Positions 49,501 to 61,752 of a stretch of 64,000 nucleotides of DNA are shown here, in pieces. The stretch lies in NCBI GenBank assembly GCA_965153455.1, contig OZ234493.1:34648213-34712212 (forward strand). Reading direction: 5' to 3'. Positions within the stretch are counted from its first letter, which is position 1, and the number at the start of each line of letters is the position of its first letter. The position numbers and the translations under genes were made by a program. A model generated the notes under the pieces. The model searched no databases, had not been told where the DNA came from, and saw nothing but the letters and a program-made list of their open reading frames with translations. Origin of the DNA: Sphagnum compactum (lineage: Eukaryota).

Positions 49501-52240
49501 GTGTTTGAAATAACTGGAACCAGTCTTTAATTCTGAAAAACATTCCCCAACAAAATACCTTGAACCAATGGTTTGTTGATTCTCAAATACTAAAATAACT
49601 GGAACTGGCAGCTATTAACAAAATCATATACGCACCCAACACCGGTTACAAGACTAAGCAAATAAAAGAACAATTGCTCTCTTTTTCAGCTATGCAGGCT
49701 GCACTCGCTGCAAAGCTTATGCAAACCAACATTGGTGGCAAGGAAGGTGACAAGGAAGCATTAAAGGTATTGCACATTGGGGAAATAACAATCGCCATCA
49801 CCAACTTCAGTTAGGTGAACAAATTAGTCCTTCGTGGTTGTGGCATGGAGATCCACTATCATGATATTCAGCATTCGTTTGACAATATTGCATTGTTGCC
49901 ACATTTTAAGACGACATCACTCAAATCTCATGTGAAATTTGTCACATTAATCATGTGCTTGTCAAGAAGCTTGCAAACTCATATCTCACTGCATCTGCAG
50001 CTGTGAATGAAAGAACCTGTGATGCTAAATACCACAAAACTTTCTGGACATCAAGAATTTGCATGGCATTTTTTGCTTTGGATTCTACACTAACTGATGG
50101 TTCAAGCAGTTGACACTCTAAACGAGAAAAACATGTTAAAACAATGTTACATGATCTAGGGACAGTGCATATCCTGACCTGTAGTTTGTTGTATTAGTAG
50201 TTGAAGACATGAGAAATCAGCTTGAATGTTTGATTGCTCCCATGACAAATTCCAAATTTTAAGGCCCCTCTACTACAAATGGTGATCAAGTAGGACCATG
50301 AAGGCTTTCAAAGCATAGGGAATTAATTCGTCACAACTAAGCATCATGAGAACAATTAATCTGACCATCTGGAAGCTGAGTATGTTGAAATGATGAGTGG
50401 ATTATATGTTACCTACACAAGCATTTGAGCTCCATGTTGCTATGCACTACCAGTGATGATCAACTATTTTGATTTTTTCTTATGTTTCATATATTTATGT
50501 CAATGTCAAATTTAATTTTTAAATTAATATATATTTCATGGACATGAAATACATGTCTTAATTTATATTTTTATATCCATGTTGGTGGATAGGAAAAAAG
50601 AGAATGAGATAGTTATTTTTTAATTGTCTTTGGAATAGTTGAGGGATGACCATATGACCGGAATGGTCATGTAGAACATACAAAACTTTTTGCAAAGACC
50701 CATATAAACCAATTTTTGTGTCATTGGAATTAATTAAGATAATTACTGAGTTTTGTGCCCATACTTAATAACAATTCATGATTGATTATGGTAATTATCA
50801 TCTTTGCACAGTTGCATCTTGTTGCCCTGAGCCTCTGTCCTTCATCTTCTTTAAGAGCTATCTTTCAGGGCTAGAAGTTGACTCTCCAATACATTGGCGG
50901 GTTGGAGGCATGGGGGGGGGGGGGTGTGCATGTTCACATTTCTGTAACCTGAAAAATATGATTTTGACACTTACAAAAGGATTTAGTGGAAAAAATAGGC
51001 CCTAATAAAGCAGATTTCAAATTTTTTAAAGAAAAGAATTGCCAGATTTCTACAATAAGTTCCAGCAAATAGCCAAAATATAAATTAGCATTATTGAATT
51101 TTTCAATTTCATGTGTGGTCTGTACCCAAAATTTGCTAAATCTTCTTATGTAGGATGGCCAGTATGGCTGCAGTGCAAAATTGGAAAAAAAAAAACCAGT
51201 GTTGGGCAGTAATTACAAACAGGAACCATAGACCCCCAGCAGTTATCAGAGCAGTTTTTAGGATTCATAACCATGGTTCTCAAAAAATTTGAAAAGAATC
51301 AAATAACTGGCCAGAAAACCATTGGTTGTGTATGCCAGTCCTTTCATGAAAACCACATGTTCATTGAGATCTTTGAAACCTGCTATGAGTCACAGGCATA
51401 ATATAAGTTCGAGTGATGTGGATTGGGTCTTGTGGCTCTTTGCAATGTAACTCGTGTTTTGGAGGGCTTCATTTGAAGTGCACCTGAGTCTATATGGGCT
51501 TGCACAATGCAGACTTGGATTTCGGGATTCAGCACAAAAGGGGAGCACAAGCTGAACCTTTGCAAGTACAAGGGGTTCTTACCACTGCGCACTAGAGTTC
51601 ATGTACATGATGTCACAGTTATCACCACCCTTACCTCTGTTGATAATTTTCAAACTCATTGCACTTTTGCCCAGAGAGGGTTTTAACAGCTCCAAATTCA
51701 TTTCATACCAGATATTCACTCGCTTCTGTCATGATACATGCATGTAACTGGTGCTTCAGTCATCTCAAGCAAAGCCAGCCTGCAATCAATTTTCAGCAGA
51801 AAGACAATCCAGGTCCTATGGTAAAGAATAGACCTATCCTGACACAAAGAAATAGAAGGTAAGGCTGACATTGCAAGAGAAGAATGCGCAGTATTCCCAC
51901 CAAGGTTGGTAAAACATGGCAATCTTAATAGCTTTGAAATTTGTGACCTGCTTGAAGGAAGGAGTGGAAGAAAGAATTAGAGCTTTTGAGCCCTTTGTCT
52001 TTCTGGTGGAATCAAGTTTGAACAAGGAATTCAAGTATAGATTGACAAAGTTACCTGCAATATTATAAGTCTGCGACTGTGAATGATAGGATGCTCCATG
52101 ATGGTCTAGTAATTTGGGTCCATTTCCAGAAGACTGTCAATGGTATGTTGCAGATGACAAATTCCACTATCCTGCAATGTATACGAGGCACAAAGGATTG
52201 ATGAATTGGCAGATGCAGCAGCAGACATCATACTGGGTTC

Positions 52241-53906
52241 TTAATGACCTGGAGTGTCAGTGCAGACTGCCTCCTCAGCTGGAGCTGCTGCTTTTGCTGC
52301 AGAGGAATCGAGGCCAAGTGCCTCAAGAATAGCCACATTGGTGAGGTGGGCAGCAAAATGCTCCTGACGGAAATCAAGTAGCATCTCACCACCCTTAGCA
52401 AAGATAAATGTGCCTCCAAGTTGCCTGTAGGACAATGACCAAGAATCCCATAAAAATTCACATAAATCAGCAGGCATCATTGCAATTTACTTTTAGTCTA
52501 AGAGCCTTGCTGGTCTCTCCAACCAACAAGTACATGTCTCTTTCACCCTAACAGCTGCTGCCTGAGCATTGTAAACACATTCTAACCTGGGTTCAACATT
52601 ATTCCACAAACTCAATGCCCTTACAGCTGCACATTTTGATTTACTTGCTGACTCCAGAATCCTCAAGACCTAAAACTTGGAGCATTTGATTCCACAGACC
52701 CGTGCAAGGTGAGAATGACTTGTAACTGCATGATACTTGCTATCCATGCAACAGATAACAGTTCAGAGTGTTACAAACCTGCCATCACCCTTGATGTTGC
52801 CTGGAGTGTCCTTGGTCTGCTTCAGTGCATCTTTCACAGCTTGATTGGTGAGCAGCATCTTGACTGTACCCAATATGCCCACTGATTTTATGTCTAGTGC
52901 CTTGTGGATCTTCTTCCCATTGTCTACGTACAACTCACCCTTCCAGAAACCCCCCTGCTGGAACTCCTCCAAACCCAGCTTCTCAAGACCTTCACCCAAG
53001 GCCACACAGTGCTCAGTCAAATTCAGGGGCTAAATTGTTTCAAAAGAAAAAAGAACCTTGTTGCCTTACTTGCTGGACATTACCATGAAAACTCAACAAT
53101 TCATATGTGCCTTACCAACTCCAACTATTCGAACACCACTGGCCTCCAACTGAGGGAAGATTTTCCCCATTTCCACAGCAGCGGCACGGCAAATCTGACA
53201 TCCAAATCTCCTTAGGAGATGAACAATCACAGGCTGCACACATACAATAGCATGTACTTTATGACCAACCTTCATAGCCCTCCAGAAAGCCATACTGGAA
53301 GGGCCAATCCTCCAAGAACCCCTCCACTTGTTGAAGAGCAAAATCCCCCATATGATCTTCCACATGTAAGGTCAGCCTGAACACTACTAGTCCTCTGCTT
53401 TCTGAATTAAGTCTGGAACATATGAACTGGAGGAAAGTTAGAGCTGGGACATTACACTCAAGCCTATATTCTTCTCAGATTGCTAAACTGAGCTTGTGGA
53501 TACCCAGGCATGTATATGTCTTTTTTGATGTCACAGAAATAAATTTATTTGTAGAAGAACATGTGGATGCTAGCTAGATAGTACAGACTTGTCACCAGTT
53601 GAGTTAATCCTTATGGTCACTCTGTCTTATGAAACATATTATGCGACTGAGCAAATACACAAAGATTGGACAAATCCAAGCTGAAGTGCATGACTTGGGA
53701 CACATTTGATTAGGGGGACAGAATGCAGACTTTCCGGTGAGGTGGAAATTTCTTTGCTTTTGAAAATGGAGGAAGCATGTGCACACCTGATCCTGCCAGA
53801 ATGAACTCAATTTCACATTCTTGGCATCACCAGGGCCTACAATTCTTTCGACTTCAACGTCCCCTATCGTCTTTGCCACAGTAAAAGTACCTTGCTCTGT
53901 CCCCAT
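52241..53906 (-). CDS. Peroxiredoxin-like 2 (AhpC/TSA_2 family; PRXL2B/FAM213B prostamide/prostaglandin F synthase-like) protein, 4 coding exons, 210 aa
   Basis: Exons 53906-53787, 53233-53116, 52989-52779 and 52424-52241 total 633 nt with consistent phases. Motifs LSSFWQDQPVIVHLLRRFGCQICR (CxxC), GVRIVGVGLEKLGLEEF, GELYVD, GDGRQLGGTFIF. A probable non-coding first exon ends at 55180 (cagag|gtgagt). Confidence 0.9.
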
Positions 53907-54366
53907 TCTGCATGCACATGTCAGATCGTGAGTCATGTTCTTATGAATGTGACGTCCTTACTTCCCACTGACTTTATCAGCTCCCGCCTGTGATCCCTTC
54001 CTCAGAGCTAAAAAACATCGTAATACATCGCACAAACCAAGTTCTGAATTTCCCTTTCTTTCTTCTTTAGGACTCAGAACCAGAATGATAATACTCCTCC
54101 TTACACCACCTTCTAAAACCCGGATTTGAACTTCTTTTTTGCACATGTTTCGACACTAATCCTCCCAAACCCATACGTAGCACTCAAACCTCCCAAAATG
54201 AAACATCAGCGGAGAGTTTTCGAGCACACATCGTGGCGTCTCTGGTGTCCTTCCAGTGTATAACATGCGGCTCTCGAGTCTCATCGCAGTTTTCCACACT
54301 TCTATTACAAGTTTGCTACCGCATGCTCGTTTTGTTTTGGAAAAGAACAAAAGTTTCTCAGACACA

Positions 54367-55095
54367 CCGATTCGCTTCTAAAATTTTTGGTTCCAGAAAG
54401 AAGATGATGCATAGAAGATGTAACATGCTCCCAAAAAGGTCGAAAACCACACAAGAGCGGGCCTTCTCATCTCATTCATCGCATGACATGTTAAAGAACA
54501 ACGACAAACAGGTTGTCTAAGACTAAGCCGGGCTACAAAGAGCAAGTTCCAATATAAAACCGAGAAAATTCATAGCATTGCACACTCATAACAACAACAA
54601 CAACAACAACAGAAAATCCTTCAACGAATTCTCCATATTACCATATACTCAAACACTCAATCTTTGACAACAAAAGACATATAGAACAACAGCAGTTTGC
54701 AAACCCAGAAGTCGCAACGAGCTATTATTCCGATTCGCTTCTAAACTTTTGTTTCCAGAGAGGTGATGCAGACAAGATGTAGCATGTGCTCCCAAAAAAG
54801 ATCCAATAACAGAGAAGAGCGCCGGGCCTTCTCAACTCTGACAAATGTTAGAGAACAACAACAAACGGGCTGTCTAAAACCAAGCAGCCTGGCTACGAAG
54901 GGCAAGTTCCAATATAAAACCGAGAAAATTCATACCAATTGTGCACAACAATTACAACAACGACAGCAGTTCAACTCCGTCAACGAAATTCTCTTTCTCG
55001 ATCTGTTATCGTACACTCAAGTTCACTCAAATCTTTGAAAACACAAAAGAAATTGAAAAAACAAAACCGACAACGCACTTCCAGAAAGTCACAAG
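54367..55095. repeat. Diverged tandem duplication (~363 bp x2) in the 5'UTR intron of the PRXL2-like gene
   Basis: ccgattcgcttctaaa at 54367 and 54730. gcaagttccaatataaaaccgagaaaattcata occurs in both copies. Confidence 0.85.
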
Positions 55096-55330
55096 AACAG
55101 GTAATATTGCCATCATCATCATCATCATCATCATCAACTGTACATGAAATCGGAGCTTCTTGATCCGGCTCTCACTCACCTCTGAAAGCTTGCAAGCGAC
55201 CTCAGAATCAGGAAGCGGCGCGGTTGCGAAGCAGACAAACAAGTGCGTGCGTGCGACGCGCAGCAGCAGCAGCAATAGCAAACAAACGGAACACGGGGAA
55301 ATACAGATACTTGAGACTTGGCGGGGGGTT

Positions 55331-55428
55331 ACTAATTTCTTTGCCCGAGATGCCTGCCCGAGATACCCAGAGAGAGCATCTCGGGCAAAGCTCAGTACTC
55401 GGGCATTTCGGGCAAAGTAATTATTAGT
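55331..55428. repeat. Palindromic mini-element with repeated TGCCCGAGAT motifs just upstream of the PRXL2-like first exon
   Basis: actaatttctttgcccgagatgc ... gcatttcgggcaaagtaattattagt. Two forward and three reverse GCCCGA copies. Confidence 0.7.
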
Positions 55429-56736
55429 GGAAAAAAAAAACCCTCACAAGAATTTGTTTTCAAATTCTACTTTGCTTTTGCAAAAAAATAATTCTCTGAA
55501 AAGGGGGTCATGTAGCCTAATCAGTGGGGTTTTCTTTTTTCTTTATTTTTTATTTTTATTTTTAAATTGTGAGGTAGGTAGGTTGGTGATCATTCAAAGG
55601 AGGACTTAGCCAAATTTTGGCTATAGGTTAGAGAGGAAAGTAGAAAAGTTTAGGAAATCCTGCTATATGTTGGTGACATGCTAGAGCTTATTGTATAAAT
55701 ATGGTGAATTCAAAAAAATAATTCCTCATAATGTGTGACAATGTGAAAGAAAAAAATTCCAAAAAAGCCTTTATACTTATTGCAAGGGATTTTTTTTATG
55801 TCCACAAAATGCAAAAAATTGCAAAGAATAATAGAAACATTGCATCTAATAAGTCACTCAATCACAATATACAGGGTTTTTTTTCGCAATTTTTTTATGT
55901 AGCCACATTGGCTATCATCTACAAGAGGAGGAATTTGCCAAGTTTGGCTACAAGTCAGAGAGGAAAGTCAAAATTTCTAAAAGTAATCCTGCTATATTTT
56001 GGCTACTGGAACCTATTGTCTAAATATGGCAATTTTCATACTAGTTACTTTGGTGCATTTCACAAAAATCCTTTGCACACTAAACCCTAACCCTGGGCCT
56101 GGGCCCACCCCCCCAAAAAAAAAAAAAAAAAAAGCTTCACAAAGAAAAAGCCTGTCTAAAAAAACGAGGGGCCTAAATTTCTCTTTTTCAAATGAGTTTC
56201 ATACCCAGTTCTTAGATTCACCTTCTTATCAGGTACTTGTGATTTCACTTGGCCCTGGGTTCCACTTCTGCTTATAAAAAATTCTTCACAAAATCAAATA
56301 TTGTGAGCACCAATCAAAGCCTGAAGTGACTATACCTTGGTTCACTAAATGGGTACCTAAAAATTTCTCATTTGCTTTCTTATTTCACCCAATTGGGAAA
56401 TTTGCAACAAGGCTTTGAACACCAAACTAGAGTCCAAAGGCAAAGTGACTTTCAAGATGAACTTCAATATGTCGATTAATCACATCATAAATAAATAAAT
56501 AAATAACAAAGCATAGACATTATTATCATATAACATGTAATAATAAGAAGTTAGAATTGGACTTAGAAATTTTCTTTTCTTTTCATAGGTATACCTGAAT
56601 TATACCTGAGTTTAGTTTTTCTCCCTTTTGTATTTATAGCAGCCACTCTCTATATATATATAGCTTAAAGTTTTCCTTTGCATTCCCATGTATACTTTAC
56701 TTAAATTTGTCCTTTGTGTTTATTTATAGGGGGTAT

Positions 56737-57736
56737 TCTATATAGTAAAGGACGTCGTGGTCGTGAAGCTTCGGGATGAAATGAAGCTTTCCATCCAGAC
56801 GTCGGGATGAAATGAAGCTTTCCATTCAGACATTGGGATGAAATGAAGCTTTCCATCCATCCGTCATCCATCCCGTCATCCATCCAAACAGAACAAATAT
56901 ATATTTTAAAAAGGAAAAAAACTAGAAAAAAAATTAAAACGAAAAAACACTTTAACAATTAGAAACTTTTTGTAAACACTTAAACATGAAACAAAAAAGG
57001 GAAATACAGTAAAATAATCTTAAACGAAAATTAAAAATAGATGACAAAAAATAAGAAACAAAACAGAGAGCAAAAGAAAGAGAAAAAAACCATACTTGAA
57101 AAAAAAAAATGAGGTTTGTCTTCTTTTTCCAAACTTCAAACCTGCATCTAATCAAACAAAAATAAAAAAGTTTTTTTTAAAATATTTTTATTATAAAACA
57201 TTTTAGAAAAACTAAAATTTTTTTGGAAAAGAAAATAGAAACTAAATAAATAAATAAACGCATAAAAATAGAAAAAAATGAAGATAGACAAAATAAGAAT
57301 AGAAAAAATTAAAACATGAAACAAACATAAACAAAAAAAAGTAAAAACACAAATTCTATAAAAAAGGAATGGAAACAAATGAAACAAGGAAAGGGAAATA
57401 CAGTAAAATCATTTTAAAAGAAAAAAATTACACAAAAAAAGAAACCAAATAAAGAGTAGAAATAAGAAAAAATAAAACTTATAATAATGAAGAAAAACCC
57501 TACTCGAAAAAGAATGAGGTGTGTCTTCTTTCTCCAAACTTCAAAACTTGCATCCAAATAAACAAAAATACAAAAGTGAAAAAGAAACACTTTATTTTTA
57601 TTATACAAAATAATAATAAAAACAGAAAACACATAAAAATAAAAAAATAAAAAAATAAAAGTTTTTTAAAAAACTAACATGAACCAAACATTGTTGAAAT
57701 AACACACCTGTGCATTAGGCAGGGGGTTCAAACTAG
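56737..57736 (+). mobile_element. Non-autonomous Helitron A (A-rich)
   Basis: Starts TC (tctatatagtaaaggacgtcgtgg). Ends with hairpin cctgtgcattaggcagggg then ttcaaaCTAG|T. Near-identical to 58817-59814. Confidence 0.8.
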
Positions 57737-58122
57737 TACTTAGTGGTGAAAAAATTTACCCGAAATTTTGGAAGAAAATCCATGCCTCTCCTTAGGAATT
57801 ACCTTGGGAAAAGTATCTTCACCTCCTTAACAGTGGTCTTCCTCACCAAAATATTGGTTAGAGAAGGGGGGTGGCGGGGGAAGGGGGACCCTTCTATTTC
57901 CAGAATTTGCAGAAACCTCCCATTTACGAACCCGAGTGCACATTCTGGTCAGTGGAGAGGTTACAGACAGTCGGGGAACCGCCACGTGCTAGACGGCCAT
58001 GCATGCGAGAACAACAGTGAGTTGGCCAAGTGTGAACGGGGAGTTAGCGGCAATGGCTGACTGCTAAGCCGTCACAGCGGCTAATAAGTTTTGAGACATG
58101 GAACGTGCCGCAGTAGCGAGCG

Positions 58123-58436
58123 AGGTCCTGGTGGGTTTGTCACCTGGGAAAAGGACCTGAGAAAAGGCCGTTTCCTGTGACGCAAGTTTTGAGCAGCAAC
58201 AGGCGAGCCAGGTCCTGGTTGGGTTGTCACGTGGAAAAAAAAGGACCTGAGAAAAGGGGTCCTTGTTTCGGTCCTACTGGGTGGTTGTCACCTGGAAAAA
58301 GGACCTAAGAAAAGACCTTGGCTTTGGTCCGGGTGGTTGGTTGTCACCTGCAAAAAGCACCTGACGAAAGCAAGGGGTCTCTTGGCTTTGGTCCTGGTGG
58401 TTGGTTTGTCACCTGGAAAAGGGACCTGAGAAAAGG
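58123..58436 (+). repeat. Five-copy array of a ~44 bp motif (ggtcctggtgg..ttgtcacctggaaaaggacctgagaaaagg) with variable linkers
   Basis: Copies start at 58124, 58211, 58270, 58326 and 58390. Confidence 0.85.
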
Positions 58437-58469
58437 TCTTGGGTATTTTTAAATTTTTTCGGGCAGGGC

Positions 58470-58730
58470 AGTCCAGGGACGAACAGTCCGTCGTTCGGTC
58501 CGTCGGTCGTCGCCTTGACGACACAAGCAAGCTTGGCTGCCCAGAGCTTCTTCCCCCATCGCTCCTTCCTCGTATCTAATCTCTCTCTCTCCCTCCGTCT
58601 CTCCCTCCCCCACTCTCTCTCTCACTCTCGTCGTGTCTTCACGCTTCCCAGAGAAAGAGAAGAGGAAAATTCCCTCTTGTCTACAATCGGACTACAATCT
58701 CTCTGACTCCTGTTGGAAAGTTTGCTCTTT
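58470..58730 (+). promoter_or_regulatory. Probable promoter/first non-coding exon of a + strand gene whose CDS is not in the window
   Basis: CpG-retaining GC-rich island followed by a CT-rich tract, like the leaders of the other genes here. No coding exon found downstream within the window. Confidence 0.4.
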
Positions 58731-58816
58731 TTGGAAGTTTCTCTGGGTGGTTCTTGCAGCTTCTGAAGCTTCTTCGCTCTCGTTTTTGCTTTGCGTTTTC
58801 CCCCCAGAAAACTTTG

Positions 58817-60267
58817 CTTAAATTTGTCCTTTGTGTTTATTTATAGGGGGTAAAAATGAAGCTTTGGGATGAAATGAAGCTTTCCATCCAGACGTCGGGA
58901 TGAAATGAAGCTTTCCATCCATCCGTCCGTCATCCATCTCGTCATCCGTCCTGTCATCCATCCAAACAGAACAAATATATATTTTAAAAAGGGAAAAAAC
59001 TAGAAAAAAAATAAAAACAGAAAAACACTTTAACAATTAGAAACCTTTTGTAAACACTTAAACATGAAACAAAAAAGGGAAATACTGTAAAATAATCTTT
59101 AAAAAAAAAAAAATAGATGACAAAAAATAAGAAACAAAACAGAGTGCAAAAGAAAGAGAAAAAAAACCATACTTGAAAAAAAAAAGAGGTTTGTCTTCTT
59201 TTTCCAAACTTCAAACCTGCATCTAATCAAACAAAAATAAAAAAGTTTTTTTTTAAATATTTTTATTATAAAACATATTAGAAAAACTAGAATTATTTTG
59301 GAAATGAAAATAGAAACTAAATAAATAAATAAACGCGTAAAAATAGAAAAAAAATGAAGATAGACAAAATAAGAATAGAAAAAATTAAAACATGAAACAA
59401 ACATAAACAAAAAAAAGTAAAAACACAAAAACTATTAAAAAGGAATGGAAACAAATGAAACAAGGAAAGAGAAATACAGTAAAATCATTTTAAAAGAAAA
59501 AAATTACAAAAAAGAAGAAACCAAATAAAGAGTAAAAAATAAGAAAAAATAAAACTTATAATAATGAAGAAAAACCCTACTTGAAAAAGAATGAGGTGTG
59601 TCTTCTTTCTCCAAACTTCAAACTTTGCATCCAAATAAACAAAAATACAAAAGTGAAAAAGAAACACTTTATTTTTACAATAAAAAATAATAATAATAAC
59701 AGAAAACACATAAAAATAAAAAATAAAAAAGATAAAAGTTTAAAAAAAAAACTAAAACATGAACCAAACATTGTTGAAATAACACACCTGTGCATTAGGC
59801 ACGGGGTATTCTAGTAACATAAAGTAAAGGACGTCGTGGTCGTGAAGCTTTTTCCATCCATCCATCCGTCTCGTCATCCATCCAGTCCAGCTGAAGGTAT
59901 CTTGTGACTCCCCATCCTGCAGTAGCAATCTCCTTCACAAATGCAACAGAACTCAATATGTACATTTCTATGGTCACATCTTGCATTTGGATTTTTCCAC
60001 ATCTACTTGATTGCTGAGAGGCAAGTGTGTACATGCATCAAATTTGTGTTTGGCAACATGTCAGATTGGGCAAGGAAAAAGCCTGAGTTATGAATGGAGA
60101 AGTTGCTCATATGGGAGAGGTGTAGAGGAAAGGGGAGAGAGGGGATTGATGATGTAATTTTTTTGTGTAATTTAGAGAGGTTTTGGAAATGTAGTTTGTA
60201 GTTGTAATTTTGTTATATGTACCGTCAAATACACACACCTGTGCATTAGGCACGGGGTTCAAACTAG
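58817..60267 (+). mobile_element. Head-to-tail Helitron pair: B (to CTAG at 59811-59814) and C (~59815-60267)
   Basis: B duplicates 56700-57736. C restarts the same 5' motif (agtaaaggacgtcgtggtcgtgaagctt) and ends cacctgtgcattaggcacggggttcaaaCTAG|T, but has a different interior. Confidence 0.8.
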
Positions 60268-61089
60268 TACCTAACAAAGGAGAACCCTTCTCTTCAGTGT
60301 TTTTTTAAGGAATTTTTGTTTCTAGTTCTCTTCAGTGTTTTTTTAAGGAATTTTTATTTCTAGTCAAAGTGGCCATTGGTGGTGTGTTTTGACAGATTTA
60401 TCGTCTTCTCTTCTTTTTTTTTGGGGGGTGATAAGTTAATTTTCATTTTGCATTTCACTGTGATGGGCATTCTAACAAATGTATTTCATATAACGTATTC
60501 ACCAAAAAAATTACATTGAAGAAGAGCCTTTATACTTATTGCAAGGCTTCTTATTGCCAAAACATAGCCTTGGTGGCAATAGAAAGATGTAGAAAAATGA
60601 TGATAATCTCTAAGAAGATTTAGCCAAACATGGCTATAAACCGTATGCAAAAATACAAAACTTTAATCATCCTTCTATATTTTTGGCTACACGTGGAAAA
60701 CCAAATATAGAAATCTGCCAGACTTTTATTAATTTTGTCCCCTTCACTTCTTGTGATTGAAAACCTTCAAAATCGCTAATTTTTAGAATAATTTCTCTTT
60801 TTTAATTTCTCTTTTTAGCAAATTTTTTTCAATATAAAAAACCGTTGCTTCTCTCAGCTTATCAAACATCTTAAGAAATTTCCTTTACATTTACATATAT
60901 AGCTCATATGTAGAACTTTGTTCTTATGAGACATCTTAGTGCAAAACCTTCTTCTTCTGCCAATGCTTTACACCAAGTTGTTTTTGTTGAGATTTTCATT
61001 AACACTTAATTGTTAAAGAATAAGTGTTCAGTGTTCGCCCTTTTTCTTTACAGTTTTAGGTGGTGTGTCGTGGCCAAGGCATGGCCTTC

Positions 61090-61425
61090 GAGCATCTCCA
61101 GCGGTGCTCAGTATGTGATCCTGCACAGTAAAAATGGATGAAGAAAATCCAACCTGTACCGGTTTGACTCAGGAAAATGGTTTCGGCTCAACATAATCGC
61201 GCACGTCGCCGTGGCTGGTACGAGGCGCAGCTGCAGAAAATAATGATATAAATCTGATTGGCCCATCATATGATTGGTCCATGTGGTTTGCTATTAGTAG
61301 TCCCCCACCTATTTGTTAGCACCAGTTTCAGTTTTATTGGTGAGGTTGCCAAAGAGTACATAACTAAACTTGGATATGAAAAATATTTTCGCAGGGTCAC
61401 ATACTGAGCACCGCTGGAGATGCAC
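61090..61425. mobile_element. PIF/Harbinger Tourist-like MITE
   Basis: ~35 bp TIRs gagcatctccagcggtgctcagtatgtgatcctgc and gcagggtcacatactgagcaccgctggagatgcac. Flanks are TTC/TTA. Confidence 0.85.
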
Positions 61426-61448
61426 TTAGAGTGCCAAGTCACAACGTA

Positions 61449-61752
61449 GAGCATCTCCACCCTCCGAAAACTGTAAACAACTCCTTTATTTTAATATAGA
61501 ATAGTGTTTAATGACTACTATCCCCACCCACAGCCGTCATAAAAGTCCCTTTAAACACTCAAAGACCATGTATGTCTTTACATCTGGACGAGTAATTGTC
61601 ACTTTCCACGTCCATAGTAGAAAAAAGATCGTAAAGGAGTTAAAATGACACCTGCAAAATGGACATTGTTACAGGAGCAATGCAGGATTTACGGTAACGT
61701 GCTGCAAGATTTAATGAAAAGGGCTGTTTGCAGGTGTGGGGTGGAGATGCTC
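61449..61752. mobile_element. Second Tourist-like MITE
   Basis: Perfect 14-bp TIRs gagcatctccaccc and gggtggagatgctc. Flanks are GTA/CTA. Confidence 0.8.

Noticed and set aside
56081-56106. Telo-box plus site II promoter module (aaaccctaa...tgggcc)
   Set aside because: Sits at the edge of a MITE-family repeat, far from any supported TSS. Short motifs like this are expected by chance.
57726-57736. GTTCAAAC at Helitron 3' ends (also ~60257) as further members of the hAT array
   Set aside because: Here the octamer is part of the Helitron terminus (ggggttcaaaCTAG), with no adjoining TIR pair or second copy.
58123-58436. CRISPR array (palindromic repeats with variable spacers)
   Set aside because: Repeats are degenerate, linkers are irregular and partly similar to each other, there are no cas genes, and the context is eukaryotic and intron-containing.
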